This document shows positions 8,610-17,300 of a stretch of DNA of 55,552 nucleotides, in pieces (positions within the stretch are counted from its first letter, which is position 1; every line of letters starts with the position of its first letter). Origin of the DNA: Pedosphaera sp. (GTDB lineage: Bacteria; Verrucomicrobiota; Verrucomicrobiia; Limisphaerales; F1-12-MAGs170); assembly GCA_009695275.1 (NCBI GenBank), contig SIBF01000001.1, positions 1-55,552 on the forward strand, in the 5' to 3' direction. The position numbers and the translations under genes are program-made. The notes below the pieces were generated by a model. The model worked only from the letters and a program-made list of their open reading frames with translations, made no database searches and was not told the DNA's origin.

Positions 8610-11600
8610 ATGCAGAAACTAGCCGAGATTTGCATCAAGCGTCCTGTGTTCGCCACGATGCTTGTCCTGACCCTCGTCGTTATCGGCATCGCCGGCTACA
8701 TGCATTTGGGAGTGGACCGTTATCCGTCCGTTGATCTGCCGACAGTGCGGATCATGACACGGCTGCCCGGTGCTTCTCCGCAGGAAATGGAATCGCTCGT
8801 TGCCCAGAGGATCGAAGAAGCCGTCAACACCGTTCAGGGCGTCACGGAGCTCCGCTCCATTTCATTCCCCGGCAACTCCTTCATCATCGCAACATTCAAC
8901 CTGAACCGTGATATCGATAACGCGGCGCAGGACGTTCGCGATCGTGTCGCGCAAATCGCCCGTGATCTGCCTCGGGATGCCGATCCGCCGTCCGTCTCCA
9001 AATTCGACAATGATCAGATGCCCATCATGGAGATTGCGATCTCTGGCAATCGAAGCCCCAGGGAGCTCACGGAACTCGCGGACAAGGTTGTAAAGATGCA
9101 GCTCGAACGGATCACGGGCGTTGGGGAAGTTGAGGTCATGGGCGGCACCGAGCGCTCGATCAATGTGTGGATCAACGCCGACCGTCTGGCCGCTTATCAG
9201 ATTCCGATCACCGCTGTCCGCGAGGCCATCGTCCGACAGAACGCCAACATTCCAGGCGGCAATGTCACGGGTACGCTTCGGGAGCATGCCCTGCGAACGG
9301 TTGGCCGTATCACCGACTCACGTGCCTTCAACGATCTCGTGGTGGCGACGGTTAACGGTTCACCGATACGAATCCGGGATCTGGGCACTGCGGAGGATGG
9401 CGAAAAGGAACGTCGCAGTATCTCGCGGCTCGATGGCGTTCCCACCGTTTCGCTGAGGATTCGACGCCAATCCGGTGCCAACACGGTTGCAGTGATTGAA
9501 GCCACAACAGCGCGCATGGCACAGTTGAAATCTCAATTGCCACCGGATGTGAAACTCGAGGTGATTCGTGACCAGTCACGATACATTTACGAAGCGTTGC
9601 ACGAGATCAGCGTCCACCTGATCCTTGGAAGCATCCTGGCCAGCCTCGTCGTACTCGCATTCATGCGGAGCTGGCGCTCCACACTGATCGCCGCCATCGC
9701 CATTCCGACTTCCGTCATCTCGACCTTTGGCGTGATGTGGGCTCTCGGTTTCACATTGAACTCTGTGACCATGCTCGCGCTGGTGCTGATGGTCGGAATC
9801 GTCATCGACGACGCCATTGTCGTGCTCGAAAACATTTTCCGATTTGTCGAAGAAAAGAAGATGCCCGCGTTCGAGGCGGCAAAGGCAGCGACGGCTGAAA
9901 TTGGCTTTGCCGTGCTTGCGACCACTTTGAGTCTTGTCGTTATCTTTGTACCGGTGTCATTCATGTCCAGCATCTCGGGCCGGTTTCTGTTTCAGTTCGG
10001 CATCACTTCAGCCGTGGCCGTGCTCGTGAGCATGCTCGTGTCCTTCACTCTCACGCCGATGATGAGCGCCAGACTTCTGAGGAGAGATGATACGAGGGGG
10101 GATTCACCTCACGAACCAGCGCGATCTCGACAAGGCTTTTACAGCTGGATCGAACGGTTCTACATGACGCTGCTCGGATGGTCCATGCGCCATCGACTCG
10201 CGGTCTGGACCCTGGCGACGGCCGTCGTCCTGTCCTCGATTCCGCTCTACAAGGTCGTACGCCAGGAATTCACTCCAGGCAATACCGACGAAGGAGAATT
10301 CGACGTCGAAATCGGGGCTCGTGAGGGAACCAGCGTTACTTCGATGAGCGAAGCCCTCAGCGCCGTCGAGGCGGAACTTCGCTCAATGCCTTCCATCCGC
10401 CTCGTGCTGGCATCGATTGGCGGCGGTCCGGGAATGATCAACTCCGGCGGATTTTACGTACGCCTGGCGCCTCATTCAGAAAGAACTTTCACCTGGAAGC
10501 GGTTTTTGAGCCTGCATCCGCAGGATGCGTTCAAAGGTAATTACACTCAACGAGATGTCTCGCAGGAAATCCGGCAACGACTGAAAAAATTCTCCGACCT
10601 GAGAGTCTCCGTCCGCAGTTCGTCGTCATCCATCAATCTCGGAGGCGGGCGCAATTACGACATTGATTTCTCCATCCTTGGTCCGGAACTGGAATCCCTC
10701 GCACGTTACGCCGAGATCCTTCGCAAGAAGGCCCCTGACATCGGAGTGCTTGATGCCGACACCACCTTGCGCCTGGACAAGCCTGAGTTTCGCGTCGAGA
10801 TCGATCGCGCCCGCGCGGCCGCGCTCAATGTGGACACGGAGGACATCGCCACCGCGCTTCGAATCATGGTGGGCGGCGACCAACGGGTGTCACGCTACCG
10901 TGACCCACTGATGAACGAAGATTACGACGTGCAATTGCGCCTGGCAGAAGGCGGACGCAATGACCCGACTACGATCTCCCGCCTGTTTGTCCCGTCTGCC
11001 AGTGGAGGTCTCGTGCGCCTCGACAACCTTGTCCAGATTGTACCGGGTTTCACAGCTTCGCGAATCGATCGATTGGATCGCCAGCGACAAGTTGGCCTGC
11101 GCGCCTCGGTCGCTCCCGGTTTCGCCCTCGCGGATCGGCTCGAAGCCCTCAAGGATGCCGTCAAGGAAATGAATCTGCCGCCCACCTACTCGACCAAAGT
11201 GAATGGGCGCGGTCGTGAGCTGGAGAAAACCTTCAAGGAATTCCTGTGGGCGTTCTCGCTGTCTGTTGTCTTCATGTATCTAATCCTTGCGTCGCAGTTC
11301 GAGAGCGTCATCCACCCGTTTACAATCCTTTTGTCGCTGCCGCTCTCGGTGCCGTTCGCGCTGCTGTCGCTCTGGGCGACGGGAAACACCATCAATCTCT
11401 ACTCGGCGTTGGGGGTTCTTGTCCTCTTCGGCGTCGTCAAGAAGAACGCCATCCTCCAGATTGATCACATGAACAAACTTCGCGAAGCTGGCATGGACCG
11501 GCTCGCAGCCATCATGCAGGGAAATCGCGACCGCCTGCGGCCAATCTTGATGACAACCCTGGCTCTCGTGGCTGGCATGACGCCGCTCGCGCTTGGTGCC

Positions 11601-11789
11601 GGCCCTGGCGCCGAGGAGCGGCGTGCGGTGGCAGTCGTGGTCATCGGCGGCCAGACGCTCTCACTCCTGCTCACTTTGCTGGTGACGCCCGTGGCCTACT
11701 CCATTCTCGACGATGTGAAAGAAAAGTTTCTCTGGCGCAAGGCTGACCCTGCCGTGGCTTTGGCCGCCCCGTCGTCCGCAGCCAAGTGA
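8610..11789 (+). CDS. efflux RND transporter permease subunit (AcrB/HAE family), 1059 aa
   Basis: 'CIKRPVFATMLVL' at the N-terminus. It has two 6-TM bundles ('VLMVGIVIDDAIVVLENI', 'GVLVLFGVVKKNAILQIDH') separated by large periplasmic loops. Length and order after the adaptor fit RND. No outer-membrane factor gene is adjacent. Confidence 0.93.
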   Translation: MQKLAEICIKRPVFATMLVLTLVVIGIAGYMHLGVDRYPSVDLPTVRIMTRLPGASPQEMESLVAQRIEEAVNTVQGVTELRSISFPGNSFIIATFNLNRDIDNAAQDVRDRVAQIARDLPRDADPPSVSKFDNDQMPIMEIAISGNRSPRELTELADKVVKMQLERITGVGEVEVMGGTERSINVWINADRLAAYQIPITAVREAIVRQNANIPGGNVTGTLREHALRTVGRITDSRAFNDLVVATVNGSPIRIRDLGTAEDGEKERRSISRLDGVPTVSLRIRRQSGANTVAVIEATTARMAQLKSQLPPDVKLEVIRDQSRYIYEALHEISVHLILGSILASLVVLAFMRSWRSTLIAAIAIPTSVISTFGVMWALGFTLNSVTMLALVLMVGIVIDDAIVVLENIFRFVEEKKMPAFEAAKAATAEIGFAVLATTLSLVVIFVPVSFMSSISGRFLFQFGITSAVAVLVSMLVSFTLTPMMSARLLRRDDTRGDSPHEPARSRQGFYSWIERFYMTLLGWSMRHRLAVWTLATAVVLSSIPLYKVVRQEFTPGNTDEGEFDVEIGAREGTSVTSMSEALSAVEAELRSMPSIRLVLASIGGGPGMINSGGFYVRLAPHSERTFTWKRFLSLHPQDAFKGNYTQRDVSQEIRQRLKKFSDLRVSVRSSSSSINLGGGRNYDIDFSILGPELESLARYAEILRKKAPDIGVLDADTTLRLDKPEFRVEIDRARAAALNVDTEDIATALRIMVGGDQRVSRYRDPLMNEDYDVQLRLAEGGRNDPTTISRLFVPSASGGLVRLDNLVQIVPGFTASRIDRLDRQRQVGLRASVAPGFALADRLEALKDAVKEMNLPPTYSTKVNGRGRELEKTFKEFLWAFSLSVVFMYLILASQFESVIHPFTILLSLPLSVPFALLSLWATGNTINLYSALGVLVLFGVVKKNAILQIDHMNKLREAGMDRLAAIMQGNRDRLRPILMTTLALVAGMTPLALGAGPGAEERRAVAVVVIGGQTLSLLLTLLVTPVAYSILDDVKEKFLWRKADPAVALAAPSSAAK

Positions 11790-11848
11790 GAGGAACATCA
11801 TCCCTGTCCAACTCATCCAACTCCGAACCGGCACCACTATAAATCTCC

Positions 11849-13399
11849 ATGACCCCATCACTGGAACAATCCACCCTCCGCCTTCACGAGTCTGACAATG
11901 TTGTCGTCCTGAAACGCGCGCTCAAGATGGGCACCGAACTCACCGACGGTGGCACTCGCATCGTTCTGTCGCGAGACGTGCCGGCAGGCCACAAGATCGC
12001 CGTTGCGCCGATCGCCGACAGCGATCCAGTCAGGAAGTACGGCCAGATCATCGGCTTCGCGAAAGGCAACATCGCGCCTGGCAATCACGTCCACACTCAC
12101 AACGTCGTCGTGCGAGACTTCGGCCGCGATTATGAATTCTGTGCGGATGCTCGACCGTTCCCACTTTATCCAGCCGAACGGGCCAGGACATTCCAAGGCT
12201 TCGCCCGTCCAGGAGGCCGGGCGGGCACGCGTAATTATCTAGCCGTGATTTCGAGTGTGAATTGCTCCGCGTCCGTCTCGCAATACGTCGCGGACCGTTT
12301 CCGCACCGCCGAGTTCAAGCGTGATTTTCCAAACGTGGATGGCGTCATCGCATTCAAACACAAAAGCGGTTGCGCCATGTCAGCGGAAGAGCCCACGCGT
12401 TTGCTTCAACGAATTCTCGCCGGCATCGCGCGGCATCCGAACATTTCCGGCTATGTCTTGATCGGGCTCGGGTGTGAAACGAATCAGATCCAGGCGCTGT
12501 CGCGGGCGGAAAAACTGGATCAACTCCAGCCCGGCGAACTCGCTCCCGCCCTGATGACCATCCAGGGCACCGGCGGGATCTCGAAAACGGTCGAAGCTGG
12601 AGTGAACGCCATCACCAAAATGCTGCCGTTTGCCAGCGCACTCACTCGCTCCCCTCACTCTTTGAGCAAGCTCGTCCTCGCCATGAACTGCGGCGGCTCG
12701 GACGGCAACAGCGGCATCACCGCCAACCCCGCCCTGGGTGTCGCCTCCGACGAACTCGTTCGCTACGGGGGGGCTTCCGTCCTGGCTGAGACTCCGGAAA
12801 TATACGGCGCGGAACACTTGCTCACCCGGCGCGCCGTCACACGAGAGGTGGGAGAGAAGCTCGTATCGCTCATCCGCTGGTGGGAGAATTACGTGCGCCT
12901 CTTCAATGACTCGATCGACAACAATCCGTCCGTCGGAAACAAGGAAGGCGGACTGACCACCATTTACGAGAAAAGCCTCGGTGCCGTGGCCAAAGGCGGT
13001 CAGGCACCTCTGGCCGCCGTTTACAATTACGCGGAGCAAATCACGACGCCCGGTTTCAGTTTCATGGACACACCGGGATACGATCCCGTGAGCATGACCG
13101 GCCTCGTCGCGGGCGGCTGCACGGTCGGCGTTTTCACCACCGGTCGTGGCAGCGTCTATGGCTGCAAACCGGCCCCGTGCATCAAAGTTGCCACCAACAC
13201 ACCGCTCTACAACTGGATGAAGGACGACATGGACATCAACGCCGGCACAATCCTCGACGGCACCGAAACGGTCGCAGAAGTCGGCATGAAGATTTTCGAG
13301 AAGATCATCGCAGTCGCGAACGGAGAGCGCACCAAGAGCGAACTCGCCGGCATCGGCGATGAAGAGTTCGCTCCGTGGCAGATCGGGCCCGTGCTGTGA
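11849..13399 (+). CDS. UxaA-family hydro-lyase (altronate / galactarate dehydratase-like)
   Basis: N-terminal SAF-like segment 'LHESDNVVVLKRALKMGTEL..VPAGHKIA'. Also 'RNYLAVISSVNCS', 'GCE' and 'GYDPVSMTGLVAGGCTVGVFTTGRGS', typical of UxaA/GarD. 516 aa. Confidence 0.88.
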   Translation: MTPSLEQSTLRLHESDNVVVLKRALKMGTELTDGGTRIVLSRDVPAGHKIAVAPIADSDPVRKYGQIIGFAKGNIAPGNHVHTHNVVVRDFGRDYEFCADARPFPLYPAERARTFQGFARPGGRAGTRNYLAVISSVNCSASVSQYVADRFRTAEFKRDFPNVDGVIAFKHKSGCAMSAEEPTRLLQRILAGIARHPNISGYVLIGLGCETNQIQALSRAEKLDQLQPGELAPALMTIQGTGGISKTVEAGVNAITKMLPFASALTRSPHSLSKLVLAMNCGGSDGNSGITANPALGVASDELVRYGGASVLAETPEIYGAEHLLTRRAVTREVGEKLVSLIRWWENYVRLFNDSIDNNPSVGNKEGGLTTIYEKSLGAVAKGGQAPLAAVYNYAEQITTPGFSFMDTPGYDPVSMTGLVAGGCTVGVFTTGRGSVYGCKPAPCIKVATNTPLYNWMKDDMDINAGTILDGTETVAEVGMKIFEKIIAVANGERTKSELAGIGDEEFAPWQIGPVL

Positions 13400-13538
13400 C
13401 GATGGACAGCGTATCCCTGACAAATTGAGGCTGACCTCCACACCAGTCAATTTCGGTGCCACACTCCCTGCCTCTGAATGTTTGGCCTCGCTCGACAGGG
13501 ATTCCTTCACCACGGCAAGCAATTCATGCAGCATACCT

Positions 13539-13937
13539 TCACCATAAATTTTTGAGGCCATACTCCGTGAAAACTTTATCGGGAGAAACCAGCGTCAACT
13601 CATGCGCTCGTGCTTGCGCCACCAACAAACGGTCAAACGGATCCTTGTGAATCAAAGGAAGCTCTGAAGTCAGGTGGAGCGATTCCAGATCAATCGGGCG
13701 GTCTCGCACTCCCCAGACCGCAAGCTGCCGGGAAAACCAAAGGCGGGGTTTTTCCGGCAGCGTGAGTTTCCCGGTTAGATGCTTGAGATGCACTTCCCAG
13801 ATGCTGGCGTGACTGAGCCAGAGTTCGTTGCCGCTGTCATCAATGGCCCGCCGGGCTGGGCGGCTGATTTCCCCGGGTGTTTGGGTGAGCCAGAGGAACA
13901 CGCACGTGTCCAGGAGGAGTTCTATCCCATCCCCCAC
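13539..13937 (-). CDS. vapC: type II toxin, PIN-domain VapC family
   Basis: 'LLLDTCVFLWL' (first acidic PIN residue), 'ASIWEV', 'HKDPFDRLLVAQA'. 132 aa. GTG start, overlapping the upstream antitoxin ORF by 16 nt. Confidence 0.85.
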   Translation of the reverse strand: MGDGIELLLDTCVFLWLTQTPGEISRPARRAIDDSGNELWLSHASIWEVHLKHLTGKLTLPEKPRLWFSRQLAVWGVRDRPIDLESLHLTSELPLIHKDPFDRLLVAQARAHELTLVSPDKVFTEYGLKNLW

Positions 13938-14164
13938 GCGGTGAGTTCGTCATCAGAGAGCGGCGCGAAACAACCGGGCTGGCAACGAACCGGCCCCGAA
14001 GTGACCTCGCCTACCTTGGGTCGTCGGGACCGTCCCTTGTGGTAGGGCACCAGTTTGGCGACCGGATTATTGCCCCGGCAGATCACGACCTCCGCGCCGG
14101 ATTCGACTTCCGTCACGAGCCTGGACAGATTGCTCTTGGCTTCATGGATGTTCAATTTCGTCAT
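13922..14164 (-). CDS. type II antitoxin, Phd/YefM-like (prevent-host-death family)
   Basis: Start at ATG 14164 ('MTKLNIHEAKSNLSRLVTEVESGAEVVICRGNNPVAKLVP'). About 80 aa, with the classic antitoxin-then-toxin order and overlap. Confidence 0.8.
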   Translation of the reverse strand: MTKLNIHEAKSNLSRLVTEVESGAEVVICRGNNPVAKLVPYHKGRSRRPKVGEVTSGPVRCQPGCFAPLSDDELTAWGMG

Positions 14165-14198
14165 GCCCGCCAAATTAGCCCGCTGGTTAGCCCGCTGC
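14161..14198 (-). promoter_or_regulatory. candidate vapBC operator: tandem 12-bp direct repeats abutting the antitoxin start codon
   Basis: Plus strand 'ttagcccgctgg' (14175-14186) and 'ttagcccgctgc' (14187-14198), plus a degenerate third unit 'catgcccgccaa' (14162-14173). The 'gcccgc' core recurs with a 12-nt period. Confidence 0.3.
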
Positions 14199-14356
14199 AA
14201 GGATGCAGCCGCACACCCCGGAATTGAAGTTTTTCAAAAAGCCCATGCCTGTGGCTCCGTCGCGCTGAGAAACGGATCCTCCATTGCTTCTCCTCCTGCC
14301 AGACTTGCATCGCGCCATCCATTCTCATGCGTTTCAAATAACCAAGGTCTCCCTTC

Positions 14357-17300
14357 TCATGGACGAATGCGGTAGAACTTCTGCGGCCCATCCCCGGGGT
14401 TGACGTTCAAAGTTTGCGCGCCGGCCGGTACATCGGTCCATGGCCCGAGGAGGCTGTCGGACACTTGCAATTTTTCGGAAGAGGACCAGGAAATCGTCAG
14501 AGTGTTTCCGCTGTGGTTCACCACGATTTTCGCGCAGTTCACGGTCACGGTGAATGAGCAGGTCAGAGGCGTGGAGGAGCCTTTGTAAACGCAGGTCACC
14601 TGTGTCTTACCCACCGGGAAGAGTCCCGGCGGCGGATTGCATTCCATCGGCAGCTCCCCGCAGCCGATGCTGACGAACGCCTTGAAATCCACAAATGCCC
14701 CGTTGTCGTCCGCGCACGGAACCACAATGTCCTGCGGGCAATGGACGACCGGCTTGGCGTTCGGGTCTGCCGGCGGGCCGATGACTGTAAATTTGGTCAC
14801 GCATGAACCCGTGTTGCCGTGCCCGTCATCGACGCTGAGAACGATGTCATGTTCGCCCGGTCCGACGAGCGTTCCCGGCGGCGGCTCCTGGGTCACCGGT
14901 TCAATGGCTACAGACCCTGTATTGGGTGAGCGCGGGCAGTTGTCCGTGAAGGTCACCTTCTGACGCAGATCGGGCACCGGCGTCTTGCATGGCACGGAAC
15001 CGGCAATCGCAGGCGTCTTGTTCAAGTCCACCGTGATCGGATCGGGGCAAGTCACAACGGGCGGCGTGGTGTCGCCAAAGAAGAAGCAGACCGGCCATCC
15101 ATAGGACTCGTAATCGGCCAAGCCATACTGGGTCAGCCCCACCGGCTGCGGCGAGACAACACTGTGGCCGCCGGGCGTCAGCGGAACGCTCGCGCCGGAG
15201 AAACCGCTCACGCCAATCGCGAAGAACGCTCCGGGCGGAATCGCCGCTCCATCGAGTTGCACCAGCCCGGCGCTCGCGGTCGCACTCGGGGCAATCACGT
15301 TGATGAAGTGGGAGGCGAATCCATCCGGCGCACAGAATTTATACTGCGTGTTGAAGAGCGCCCGGTGGGGCAATTGCATCATGAACGGATCGGACTGCTT
15401 CACGAGGTCGAAGTCGGAGCTGTTGGCGTATTGCGTTACATGGATAGGCCGGTTCGCCGTGATGCGCGCGCCCAATGCAAGGACGATCTGGAACATTTTG
15501 CCCCGGTCAAGCGTCGCCACGTTGAAGCCGTTGATCGAGACCTGAGTGCCATCGAACGCCGCCAGAACGCGGAACGTGTCGCCCTTCGTGCGTGTCTTGA
15601 GCGGGAAGGTGAAATAGTCGGTGCCCCAGCGTTTGATGGGGATCAGTTGCTCGACGAGGTAATCGCAGAACGCGTGCGACGCCGATTGGATATTCGCGCA
15701 CGCATGACTGCCGAAGGCGGCAACCGGCTTGTCGGATGAGATCAGTGTGCCGGAAAGATCCTGGGGAGGGCCGTTCACGTTTCGCAGTTGGTAGGTTTCA
15801 CCCTGCTGCAACTTGATCGTGTAAGGGAAGCCCGAGTCGTAGCCTTGCGTGACCACGGATGGAATGATCGTGACCGTCGTGTCGTTCTCGGTGGCGACCA
15901 GGGCGAACTGGGTGCCGTTTAGTTCCGGCTGCGGCGAACTCGAGTTAGAAAAACTCTGGATGATATAATCGGAACCAAGCGCCTCGGTCTGAATGGCGAG
16001 GAAACCGTCCGAAGTGTACTTCACCTTGCTCAATCCATGAACGCTGACCGGCTGGCTCGCGGTGAGATGGATGCCCTTCTTCTCGATGATATCATTCGCG
16101 TCGCCGAGATCCGCCCCCACAGGCAAAACGATGGTCACACACATCGCGGCGGGAATCGTGGTCGTTTTCTGAAACTTCAATCCGGGAATCTGAACCGACA
16201 CGGATGTGCCTGGATTCCCCACCACGGATAACTCCGGTCTCACCGGATTCGCCGGGTCGGGATCATAGTTTCCGGGGAAGGTCAGCCAGAAGTCGGTTCC
16301 GGCGCAGGTGAGGTCGCAATTCTCGCCGCGCTCGATCTCAACGCGGTAATCCTCGACTTCACCAATCGGCGAGAAGCCAGTGAAATCGAGTCCACCCTCG
16401 CGGCTGAAGCGGAATCGAGCAAAGCTGACTCCCGGCTTCGCCCGAAGTGGAACCAGGAACTTGAGGAGGTTCAGGCCGGGCGCGAGCGCCTGGCTGGTGA
16501 AGATGTGATCCTCCGGGTCGGCCCAGGAGAAGTTCACGTTGAAGTCGAGCCAGGCGTCAAGACGCCCGGTTGTGCTGGCGGTGACCTCAATCGTCGCCTC
16601 GCGTCCGGGCACGAGCGGCGTCACAAAGCGCACGCCATCTTCGTCATCCGGAATCGTCGCCAACGCACCGTCGTCGCCAAGAGCGTCCGAACTGGGCTGA
16701 CCATCCAGCTCACCATCGATCAGTTTGCCGAGAAAGAAATTTGGGTTGATCCCGTGGCGCGCGCCGTTCCGCGAGAGCGTGGTCGGATAACCGCCCGCGA
16801 GCAGATCGGATTGAAGTTGCGGCGCATCGCCAAAGTCTAGCGACTCCGCCTTGATCGACACCTTGTAATCCTCGACTTCGCCACTCGATGCGAGGCCATC
16901 AAAGTTCAAGCCACCTTCGCGGCTGAATCGGAACCGCGCGTAAGTCTCGCCTGCTTTTGCAAAAGCAGGAACGGGAAACGTCAGTGTGTTCGCGCCGGCC
17001 ACCAGCGGCAGACTGGTGAAAATCCTCTCACCAGCGTCGGCCCACGAAAAGTTCACGTTGAAATCGATCCAAGCGTCCAGACGACCGCTTTGCGATGCGG
17101 TGACGACCACGGTCGCCGTCGCGCCAGAGTTCAGCGGTCCCGAAAACACCACTCCGTCTTCGTCGTCCGGAACAGTGGTGGATGCGCCGTCGTCACCGAG
17201 AGCGTCAGAGCTTGGCTGCCCGTCCGGCTCGCCGTCGATGAGCTTGCCGAGAACAAATTTCGAGTCGATGACGTGTCGTGCGCCATTCCTCGCGAACGTT

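Noticed and set aside
7306-11789. Membrane-fusion protein plus transporter as a possible type I secretion system for the RTX giant.
   Set aside because: The transporter is a 12-TM RND pump of the AcrB type, not an ABC exporter. No TolC-like gene is present. It lies 13 kb or more away across housekeeping genes.
13400-13561. Start of a 393-aa minus-strand ORF ('MASKIYGEGMLHELLAVVKESL...') in the gap between uxaA and vapC, considered as a third TA-associated gene.
   Set aside because: It overlaps the vapC 3' end and then runs antisense through the well-supported uxaA gene. There is no independent motif support.
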